Below, one piece after another: positions 7,440-14,485 of a DNA stretch of 32,000 bases. Numbering within the stretch: position 1 is the stretch's first letter; each line of letters opens with the position of its first letter. The notes beneath the pieces are model-generated. The model was not told the origin of the DNA and made no database searches. It was given only the letters and a program-made list of their open reading frames with translations. Source of the DNA: Candidatus Nitrospira inopinata. GTDB lineage: Bacteria > Nitrospirota > Nitrospiria > Nitrospirales > Nitrospiraceae. The position numbers were made by a program, and so were the translations under genes. The stretch spans positions 360,001-392,000 of the forward strand of contig NZ_LN885086.1 of assembly GCF_001458695.1 (NCBI RefSeq), in the 5' to 3' direction.

Positions 7440-8963
7440 TTACCATGCACGACATTGCGTCGCCGACGGACGTCGATTGTTCCGTGATAATGCCCTGAAG
7501 CGGTTTCGTCGAGACGCACGTTTGAGGAATGTCGCCTCGGCCTTTACCGGCGCCTCGGCACGCCTTCTCTGCCCCTTCAGAAGATCAAGCAGCTCACCGC
7601 GCTGAACCGACTTCGCGAACGCCATTCTCGAAAGACTTTCGATGGCCCGACCCGTCGATTCCGACGAATGCCGCACCTTGAGCTTGAACCCGACGCCTTT
7701 GATGGCGACAATCTCGCAACCGTGATCCGTGTCGCGGCTCAGCAGCTTCCGAAGGGCGTGAATATGAACGTCCAGGGTGTGTTCGCCGATGGCGAACCCA
7801 GGCCCCCAGACCAGCCCGATCAGATCCTCGCGCGCGAACACCTTGGAGGGCGCGCTCATAAACACCTGCAGGATCGCAAACTGTTTGGCGGAAAGATGGA
7901 CGGTCTCCGATCCGATCGTCAGCTCGTGGGTGTCGGCATCCAATTGAACGTCGCCTATCTGATACACGCCTCGACGCGCCATATCATGCCCCGCTCTTCG
8001 GCAATAGGCGCCGATCATCGCCAGAAACAGCTTATGACCGTCTCGGCATGAATACACGCCGTCCGCTCCCCGCTCCAAATCGGCCACGATGTCCTCGTCG
8101 TTTTCCATCACTTCGTGGGAAATCAATGTCAAGATGGGAACGTGCGCGATCGCCTGCTCCGTGCGAAGCATGTCCCAGTCCGCGACTCGCCGATCGACCA
8201 ACACCAACGCCGGCGGGCGATGACGAGCCCACTCTAAGAGCTCCGCCACGGAAGTCGCCGCGCGGCATTGATAGCCGGCCCGCTGCAATTGTTCCTCAAG
8301 ATCCGACGAGAAGGCCCGATCGGACGATAAGAGAAAGACCTCGCACGAGCGGGTGACTGGCGACGGGCAAGTCGAAGCCCCGGACTCAAAGTCCTGACGC
8401 CTGACAGGTCCCTGTCGACGCACCACGATCCCGACGATTCCACAGAGACCGGATCCGAACAGAACGACCGCGGCCGGAATAGGCACCTGTTCCGTCGTCG
8501 TCTTACGAGGCGCTCCTCCACGATCGCCGGCCATCATGATAAACGGCTGCATCAGTGCAACCGTGCGCCCCCATGAAAGGTCCAAGAATACGCTTCCGAA
8601 AATGTTTCCCGATTCTTCAGAGACACTGTCCCCAGGATCACCGGAGGCCAATGGAATGGTCAGTAACGAATTCAACGATGCTCCCACCCGTCCGATTCCA
8701 GCAAAAAGCGGCATCACTGGAAGCGGGAGGGGCTGGCCGGTTACGGTTAAGAGAGCAGCCCCCGATGGAGCCTCGATTCCATTGCCGTTGACGCCCATCG
8801 CGCCACGAGAGAAATCCAAAGCGCCGACAACCGCAGCATGCCCTCCCGTGGGATCAAGCCCCATGCCCGATACCCAACACAGGGCGAACATGATGACCGT
8901 GACAGCGAACTTCCCACTCCGCCTCGCAATCACCGCCACATGTCCACCTCGTCTTTCTTTCAT
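7440..8963 (-). CDS. Membrane-anchored regulator: signal peptide, ectodomain, internal PEP-CTERM-like TM segment, degenerate receiver domain, OmpR/PhoB winged-helix domain, Arg-rich tail
   Basis: The winged helix reads YQIGDVQLDADTHELTIGSETVHLSAKQFAILQVFMSAPSKVFAREDLIGLVWGP...TLDVHIHALRKLL...IVAIKGVGFKLKV. The receiver-like region runs EVFLLSSDRAF...PALVLVDRRVADWD...PILTLIS...GADGVYSCRD. The internal segment VPIPAAVVLFGSGLCGIVGIVVRRQ lies at nt 8412-8486. The ORF-track start at 9179 overlaps the upstream gene. I use the ATG at 8963; GTG at 8939 has a better SD (GAGGTGG). Confidence 0.75.
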   Translation of the reverse strand: MKERRGGHVAVIARRSGKFAVTVIMFALCWVSGMGLDPTGGHAAVVGALDFSRGAMGVNGNGIEAPSGAALLTVTGQPLPLPVMPLFAGIGRVGASLNSLLTIPLASGDPGDSVSEESGNIFGSVFLDLSWGRTVALMQPFIMMAGDRGGAPRKTTTEQVPIPAAVVLFGSGLCGIVGIVVRRQGPVRRQDFESGASTCPSPVTRSCEVFLLSSDRAFSSDLEEQLQRAGYQCRAATSVAELLEWARHRPPALVLVDRRVADWDMLRTEQAIAHVPILTLISHEVMENDEDIVADLERGADGVYSCRDGHKLFLAMIGAYCRRAGHDMARRGVYQIGDVQLDADTHELTIGSETVHLSAKQFAILQVFMSAPSKVFAREDLIGLVWGPGFAIGEHTLDVHIHALRKLLSRDTDHGCEIVAIKGVGFKLKVRHSSESTGRAIESLSRMAFAKSVQRGELLDLLKGQRRRAEAPVKAEATFLKRASRRNRFRALSRNNRRPSATQCRAW

Positions 8964-8981
8964 TTTTTGGAGAGTCACGCC

Positions 8982-9019
8982 AGAAAAAAGTTCGGAGAGG
9001 CGCGTCGGCCTCTCCGAAC
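8982..9019 (-). terminator. Strong Rho-independent terminator between the PEP-CTERM gene and the regulator gene
   Basis: On the minus strand: a perfect 12-bp stem GTTCGGAGAGGC / GCCTCTCCGAAC (8990-9001 and 9008-9019), the loop CGACGC, then TTTTTT immediately (8984-8989). Confidence 0.75.
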
Positions 9020-9052
9020 CGGAGATCTGCTTGCTCGGCAGACCAGGCAGGT

Positions 9053-9613
9053 CTAGGACACTTTTTTCATCCGACGGGACAACCCGGCCAACCCAACCAG
9101 ACCGGTACCGAACAAATACAGCGCCGCCGGAACTGGGATAGGCGGCGGCGGCGGCGGAGTAGACCCGTATGAACCCCACATCGTCAAAGTGTAACTTCCC
9201 CCACCAGAACGGGCAAGTCCCGATGGATGAAGATGGTAGTCACCAGGAGGCATTAAGATGCCTAAATCCGCCAATGGGAAGTCCGTAAAAGAGGGTGCCG
9301 CCCCTCCCCCTGGAACCTGCCTATCGGTGTTATTCTCAAAAATCGAGGCGCCGAACCAGGATGTCAGGTTGGTAGTGCTAGAGGTCATATTAAAATGGGT
9401 GAATGGTCCCAAATCAAAATTAACTGTATCCAAGAAGAAGCCAGCCGCTGGATTGGCGGTGTACACAACCGGGTTTGTGGCATCTCCATACCCCGGGCCA
9501 AAGGGCAAGCTTGGATTGTACGGCACGGCCTGCACGTTCGCCGCGCCGCTTAGCACTGCAGCAGCCGCCACCAGCCCCGCTACTGCCATCTTAAGCCGAG
9601 AAACGCTTCTCAT
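9053..9613 (-). CDS. PEP-CTERM sorting-domain protein (secreted cargo)
   Basis: AGGAG SD and a signal peptide (AANVQA/VP). The C-terminus is STPPPPPPIPVPAALYLFGTGLVGLAGLSRRMKKVS, i.e. a PEP-type motif, a TM helix and a basic cluster. Confidence 0.85.
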   Translation of the reverse strand: MRSVSRLKMAVAGLVAAAAVLSGAANVQAVPYNPSLPFGPGYGDATNPVVYTANPAAGFFLDTVNFDLGPFTHFNMTSSTTNLTSWFGASIFENNTDRQVPGGGAAPSFTDFPLADLGILMPPGDYHLHPSGLARSGGGSYTLTMWGSYGSTPPPPPPIPVPAALYLFGTGLVGLAGLSRRMKKVS

Positions 9614-9932
9614 TGCCCCACTCCTTTCGTTAAATGACCCTTGTAAATGCCCTTCTCACGCGACTCATACGCCCCTCTTACCTTTTACCTGACAACCTGT
9701 CTTTCACTCTCCGCGCGCTCAAAACTCCCTGACAGCCTCTTCCACCAAGCCGCGCTCTTGGCTGTCCGCATGCCCTTGTTATACGGATCACCAGCCTCAG
9801 AATCTACCCGCCGCTGCACCAGATGCCTATGGCTGAAACGGAAAATTCTCTTAGGCTCTTGCCTTGGTGCATTCGCCGGAGCAAGCGCGCGGCAATCGTA
9901 GCAGGAACCGGTCATCGCCGGCTACGGACACA

Positions 9933-9962
9933 CGCACCAGGTGCACCAGATGTGACAAAAAG
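9933..9962 (-). promoter_or_regulatory. Conserved upstream element, copy A; sigma-54-type -24/-12 promoter candidate
   Basis: The minus strand reads TTTTTGTCACATC-TGGTGCA-CCTG-GTGCG, with the GG and GC spaced as in TGGCACG-N4-TTGC. It is almost identical to copy B at 11342-11371 and lies about 320 nt upstream of the start at 9613. Confidence 0.4.
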
Positions 9963-10215
9963 TCCTTGTTTTGATCTTCCAAACCACCCCAAGACTCGAC
10001 AAGTGATGCCATCTGACACGGACTCCCACGGCCTTCTGCGCCTATCCTTTGTCTCTTTCCGCACCACGGCCCCAAGGGGAGCAATCCCCCCCTCTCTTTG
10101 TACCGGGCGCGGCCATGAATCGCCAAGAGCAACAAACCGTTGATCCAACACGAGCCCCCCTTTTCTAATCACGATGAGAGATGGTCTCGCTCCGAACTTC
10201 TTTGGGGCAGGACTC

Positions 10216-11232
10216 TTACAGCATCGTTTTCCGGCGGGCTAATCCAGCCAGCCCGACCAACCCGACTCCGAACAGATACACCGCCGCCGGTACCGGAACT
10301 GGACTCATATTTCCATTGACCGACATACGAATAAACATGTTCCTGGCGCGACGCAGAATCCCATAATCCGCCGGGTAAGATGTTCCATTGCAGGAGACTG
10401 GGTTACCATAATCGCAGGCCGTATAGCCGGCGGCTGGATTCCCAACTCCCTGCTGCACAAGATCAAACAGCTCTTGCAGATCGCTCAGACTCGTTCCGCC
10501 GATCACCAGCGAATAGGTGCCCGGACCGAGCGCGCCCGTCCAGCTTGCCACATTGTCCAGTGCATCCCCGTTGTGGCCATCCCCGACGGAAATACCGGTA
10601 TACGTCATGGTGCTTACCATGCCGGCATTGTTGCCCATGGTGACAGACCCATCCGCCCGATACACGCCCCAGTTCGGTCCGCCGGCATCGACCGCGCCGC
10701 CGCCATTGGCGGTGATTTCATCCATGGCGTCAAAAAATGGAGACCAGGTCGCAAAAGCCGGTTGAGTGGATAGATAATTCAGCATGGCCGGGCTGTTGAG
10801 CGTCGCAATCTGAGCCGGCGTCAATCCATTCGTGTCTCCCACTCCGTCATGCGATCCCTGCGGCACCTGCCCCATAAAAAGGGAGAATCCTGGATTGAGA
10901 ATCGACGCGCCATTGGCGTTTGGCATTCCAACCACTGTAATGCTTACAAGAGAGGGTGCCGTTAGCGTAAAGAAGCGAAAGCGGTTGTTGTGACTGTCAG
11001 CCAGCGTGTCAATGGTCGCGGTGCGATTGACGCCGTTGTTGCTCATGCCGGAGAGCCATCCCGCATTGCTGCTGACGGTGGGATTGAAGCCGGCCGTCCC
11101 CAAGGGCCCCCAGGTATTCGTGCTCTGGTCATACAACGACGTGCCATACCCGACATGGGCTGATGCCACGCCGGTTGTCAACATGAGAGCCATTATCGAA
11201 ACGGCTCCAAGGATTGTCGTGCACTTCTTCAT
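10216..11232 (-). CDS. PEP-CTERM sorting-domain protein (secreted cargo, 338 aa)
   Basis: GGAGG SD and a signal peptide (TTGVASA/HV). The C-terminus is MSPVPVPAAVYLFGVGLVGLAGLARRKTML. Confidence 0.85.
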   Translation of the reverse strand: MKKCTTILGAVSIMALMLTTGVASAHVGYGTSLYDQSTNTWGPLGTAGFNPTVSSNAGWLSGMSNNGVNRTATIDTLADSHNNRFRFFTLTAPSLVSITVVGMPNANGASILNPGFSLFMGQVPQGSHDGVGDTNGLTPAQIATLNSPAMLNYLSTQPAFATWSPFFDAMDEITANGGGAVDAGGPNWGVYRADGSVTMGNNAGMVSTMTYTGISVGDGHNGDALDNVASWTGALGPGTYSLVIGGTSLSDLQELFDLVQQGVGNPAAGYTACDYGNPVSCNGTSYPADYGILRRARNMFIRMSVNGNMSPVPVPAAVYLFGVGLVGLAGLARRKTML

Positions 11233-11341
11233 TCGAAACCTCCTTGTTTATGGATTACACGGCTTAGACATGAACCAAACCCTAACGTACTGACCAATAA
11301 GCGCGTTATAGCAAAGACGTACAATGCCCGATACAGACCGG

Positions 11342-11371
11342 TGCACCACATGCACCATCTGTGACAAAAAA
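11342..11371 (-). promoter_or_regulatory. Conserved upstream element, copy B; sigma-54-type -24/-12 promoter candidate
   Basis: The minus strand reads TTTTTTGTCACAGA-TGGTGCA-TGTG-GTGCA, about 110 nt upstream of the start at 11232. It shares GCACCA-N3-GCACCA-N3-GTGACAAAAA with copy A. Confidence 0.4.
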
Positions 11372-11416
11372 TGCGCCCTGCCCCGCTGATCGATCTCCAG
11401 AGAACCCATTCAACTT

Positions 11417-13015
11417 GTGATTCGTGCTACAAAGACGCGCATGTCTCGTGTTGAAACGAGCTCTTCACGGCGGACGGAGCGAAACAACGCCGTGCCCGAT
11501 CGCGCCACGCACCGGCTTCTGCTGTATGGGACCGTGACATTGACCGGCGGCGCGGTGATGGTGCTTGAGCTGCTCGGCACCCGCATCATCGGGCCGTTTT
11601 ACGGTGTGAGCCTCTACGTGTGGGCATCGCTCATCGCCGTGACCATGATCGCGCTGGCTCTCGGCTACTTTATCGGCGGGTATGCAGCCGACCGATTTCC
11701 GTCTGTGCGCTTGAGCCACGTCCTGCTTGCCGCGGCCCTCGGCACGGCCGTCATCCCGCTGCTCACCGGTCCGGTCCTTCGCCTGACCGATTCCTTGGGA
11801 CTGCGCGGCGGCGCCTTTACCAGCGCGCTGTTGCTCTTTACCTTTCCGCTGACCGCGCTCGCCATGGTGGGCCCCTATGTGATCAAGCGCGCAACCCGTG
11901 ATCTCGCCGGCGTGGGCACCGTGGCCGGCTCGGTCTATGCCGTGAGCACGGTGGGCAGCGTGGCCGGCACGTTGCTGCTGGGGTTTTATCTCCTGCCGCT
12001 GTTCGGAACGAAAACGATCCTCCTGTCCGTGAGCCTGCTCCTGGCCTCGCTCTCGGCCGTGGTGTCCTGGCAGGAACGAGCGCGGACAGCGGCGCTAGCG
12101 CCCACCGCCATGGCGGTGTTCGCCGCCTTCGGCCTCTGGTCAGCCACCGGTTTTGCGGGATCAGGGAAATCGCTGGAAGGGTTTGCCGTGCTCTCGGAGG
12201 CGGAAAGTCTCTACGGGTGGGTGCGTGTGGTGGACGACGAGCGATACGGCATCCGCTTGATGCTCTCCGACGCCTCGGTCATCAGCGCGGTGGACAAGAA
12301 ATGGGATCGCAGCGTGCTAGGCTATCAACAAATTTTGGGGTTGCTCCCCAACTTCAGGCCGCGCGCGACACAGGCCTTGCTCATCGGCCTCGGCGGGGGA
12401 CACGTCGCGCGTGATTTGAAATCCCAAGGTCTCGAGACCGACACGATTGAAATCGATCCGGCGGTTGCCGACGCAGCCCAACGGTTCTTTTCTTTCAAAC
12501 CGACCGGCCGGTTTCTGATCGGCGATGCGCGGTACGAGATCAAACGGCTGGACCGGCGTTACGACATCATTATCCATGACTGTTTCACAGGTGGAACGGA
12601 ACCGATCCACCTGCTGACCCAGGAAATGTTGGGTCATCTCCGGGAGCTGCTCACCGAGGAGGGGCTGCTCGCGTTGAATTATGTCGGTTTTCGAACGGGA
12701 GAAGGCTCCGAAGCGGTCGCGGCCGTCTATCGAACCCTCAAAAGCCTCTTCCCACACGTCAGGACCTTCACGACCGACCCCACAGACTTTACCGACTTTG
12801 TGTTGCTCGCCTCGGGCGCGCCCCTCGATCTTGAACGCTACCGAGACGACCCCCGAGTCTCTTGGCTCGTGCAACACGAACATCACCTGCAGGATACCGG
12901 CGGCTTCATCATCACCGACGACTACAACCCGCTCGAACGGCTCCAGACGCGCAAAGCCGAGACCTACCGCAAGATCTTCCTGGAACGGATCGCGTTCGAT
13001 CTGTTGGTGCGGTAA
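11417..13015 (+). CDS. Fused MFS-like membrane domain / spermidine-synthase-like protein
   Basis: The N-terminal ~230 aa form multiple hydrophobic helices. The C-terminal half has a class-I methyltransferase / spermidine-synthase fold (ALLIGLGGGHVARDL, DTIEIDPAV, YDIIIHDCF). The start is GTG. Confidence 0.75.
   Translation: MIRATKTRMSRVETSSSRRTERNNAVPDRATHRLLLYGTVTLTGGAVMVLELLGTRIIGPFYGVSLYVWASLIAVTMIALALGYFIGGYAADRFPSVRLSHVLLAAALGTAVIPLLTGPVLRLTDSLGLRGGAFTSALLLFTFPLTALAMVGPYVIKRATRDLAGVGTVAGSVYAVSTVGSVAGTLLLGFYLLPLFGTKTILLSVSLLLASLSAVVSWQERARTAALAPTAMAVFAAFGLWSATGFAGSGKSLEGFAVLSEAESLYGWVRVVDDERYGIRLMLSDASVISAVDKKWDRSVLGYQQILGLLPNFRPRATQALLIGLGGGHVARDLKSQGLETDTIEIDPAVADAAQRFFSFKPTGRFLIGDARYEIKRLDRRYDIIIHDCFTGGTEPIHLLTQEMLGHLRELLTEEGLLALNYVGFRTGEGSEAVAAVYRTLKSLFPHVRTFTTDPTDFTDFVLLASGAPLDLERYRDDPRVSWLVQHEHHLQDTGGFIITDDYNPLERLQTRKAETYRKIFLERIAFDLLVR
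12983..13011 (+). repeat. Left copy of a 29-bp perfect direct repeat (right copy at 14385-14413)
   Basis: GAACGGATCGCGTTCGATCTGTTGGTGCG occurs identically at both positions. The left copy forms the last codons of the spermidine-synthase-like gene. Confidence 0.9.
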
Positions 13016-13446
13016 GCACGCACTTTATGAAGCGTCGCGCGTACCTCGCGGGAATAACCATTGAAATTCTTCCTGCATTCGCTTTTTGTTTCACGAATAA
13101 CGAGCGACGAACCGCACATAGCGGCATATCAGCCTATCTGTAGGCACCACACAGACGGGCGGTTGCAGTAGAAGTGCTCGGATCAACGACCATGTGAATC
13201 CACCGCGTTGGCCTGGAATGATGTGCACGGCTTCCTTCCACCCACTACCAATCGAGACCAGTATTTGAACCAGATGTGACGGGAAAATTCAGGAGCGAGG
13301 AGTGAGGCGGTCTCAAGGCTAAAGCCGTGAGCGGGACAAGGCTGAGGGGAAGATTCTGGTTTGCGTGTCGCGTGATTCAAGCAGGCTTCGGCTTCATTCA
13401 GCACGTCCTCGTTTTAGGTCCCCCCTGAACGATTGCTTTGGTGGAG

Positions 13447-13467
13447 ACTGGTCTATATACTGGTCTA
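13447..13467 (+). promoter_or_regulatory. Tandem direct repeat ACTGGTCTA-TAT-ACTGGTCTA overlapping a TATACT -10-like box; likely the Phd/VapC autoregulatory operator and promoter
   Basis: The repeats lie at 13447-13455 and 13459-13467, with TATACT at 13456-13461. An AGGAG SD at 13486-13490 precedes the ATG at 13497. Confidence 0.4.
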
Positions 13468-13496
13468 CATGGCGATTTGAATGAGAGGAGAGCCTC

Positions 13497-13739
13497 ATGA
13501 AGATCGAAATTGGTTCGTACGAAGCGAAAACAAAACTCCCTGAATTGCTGCGGCAGGTCAAAGCCGGCAAGAGCTTTACCATCACCAATCGCGGGGAAGC
13601 CATTGCGGATCTCGTGCCGAGCGCGGGTGCGAGAGCGAAGGACACTGTTGCGGCAGCAAGAAAATTGAAGGCATTCATGCTGGCCGATCCGGTGCGCGGG
13701 GTCAACATCAAAGCGCTCATCGAGGAGGGGCGCGCGTGA
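13497..13739 (+). CDS. Type II antitoxin, Phd/YefM family (partner of VapC)
   Basis: MKIEIGSYEAKTKLPELLRQVKAGKSFTITNRGEAIADLVP is a typical Phd/YefM N-terminus. The gene overlaps the toxin gene by 4 nt (GTGA). Confidence 0.85.
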   Translation: MKIEIGSYEAKTKLPELLRQVKAGKSFTITNRGEAIADLVPSAGARAKDTVAAARKLKAFMLADPVRGVNIKALIEEGRA

Positions 13740-14155
13740 GCTTCGTCCTTGATAATTCGGTGACCATGCGTTGGTTTTTTGGCGATGGCAATCCACAAGA
13801 TCTTGCCTATGCGGGCAGAGTGCTCGATGCGATGCAAGAGACCAAAGCGGTCGTTCCCATGACCTGGGGGCTCGAAGTCGCCAATGTCATCGCCAAGGCG
13901 GAAGCAAAAGCTTTGGTGACAGAAGCGCGAAGCAAGACATTTCTTGAGATGTTGGAAGAGGTCGAGATTGAGGTGGACGCAGCCACATTCGCGCGGGCGC
14001 TGTCCGACACCCTTCATCTGGCGAGGCGATACAAACTCTCCGCCTACGATGCCTCATACCTCGAACTGGCCTTACGAGCAGGCCTACCGCTTGCCACGCT
14101 CGATGAAGCTTTGCAGAAGGCTGCAAAGAAAGCGGGCGTAAAAAAGTTTGCGTGA
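13736..14155 (+). CDS. vapC: Type II toxin VapC (PIN-domain ribonuclease)
   Basis: The PIN acidic residues are present: FVLDNS (D6), GLEVANV (E), SAYDASYLELA (D) and LATLDE (D). The protein is 139 aa. Confidence 0.85.
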   Translation: MSFVLDNSVTMRWFFGDGNPQDLAYAGRVLDAMQETKAVVPMTWGLEVANVIAKAEAKALVTEARSKTFLEMLEEVEIEVDAATFARALSDTLHLARRYKLSAYDASYLELALRAGLPLATLDEALQKAAKKAGVKKFA

Positions 14156-14281
14156 GGAAGCCACGGTTCGGCATCCATTGATGTCGAGACAAAGCCTTAC
14201 GGAAGACATTCTGGCATGCCTGTCCCGTGAGTCGATCAATACGCGGGCAACAACTCAGCGTGCCCCCTCTTCGGTTCTTCC

Positions 14282-14439
14282 GATCTCGCCGGCGTGGGCA
14301 GCGTGGCCAGATCGGTCTGTACCGTGAGCACGGTGGACGGTTCTTTTCTTTCAAGCCGACCGGCTGGTTCCTGGTGGGTGAATCGAACGGATCGCGTTCG
14401 ATCTGTTGGTGCGTTGAGGCGATCAACCGGCAAGCACGG
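14282..14439 (+). pseudogene. Collapsed remnant copy of the spermidine-synthase-like gene, made of three collinear blocks
   Basis: 14282-14336 matches 11900-11954 at about 90% identity. 14337-14378 matches 12481-12522. 14385-14413 equals 12983-13011 (29/29), and homology continues past the stop codon (AAGCACG). The reading frame is not preserved between blocks. Confidence 0.75.
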
Positions 14440-14485
14440 CCCCAGCTTGTTTTGGGGTGTCGCCGCCTCCGTCCCGGAGAAGGAG

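Noticed and set aside
8964-9179. 72-aa N-terminal extension of the regulator ORF (track start at 9179).
   Set aside because: It overlaps the 3' end of the PEP-CTERM gene in another frame and spans the strong terminator at 8982-9019. The ATG at 8963 or the GTG at 8939 gives a sensible signal peptide.
9685-9915. 76-aa minus-strand ORF in the long leader between the sigma-54-like element and the PEP-CTERM gene.
   Set aside because: It has many AGG/AGA and A/T-ending codons, unlike neighbouring genes. There is no SD and no recognisable motif. It is more likely an untranslated leader.
13183-14017. Minus-strand ORFs 13183-13404, 13394-14017 and 13398-13796 around the VapBC cassette.
   Set aside because: Two of them overlap the well-supported phd-vapC genes on the opposite strand. 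The third lies in a relic spacer. None has motifs or an SD.
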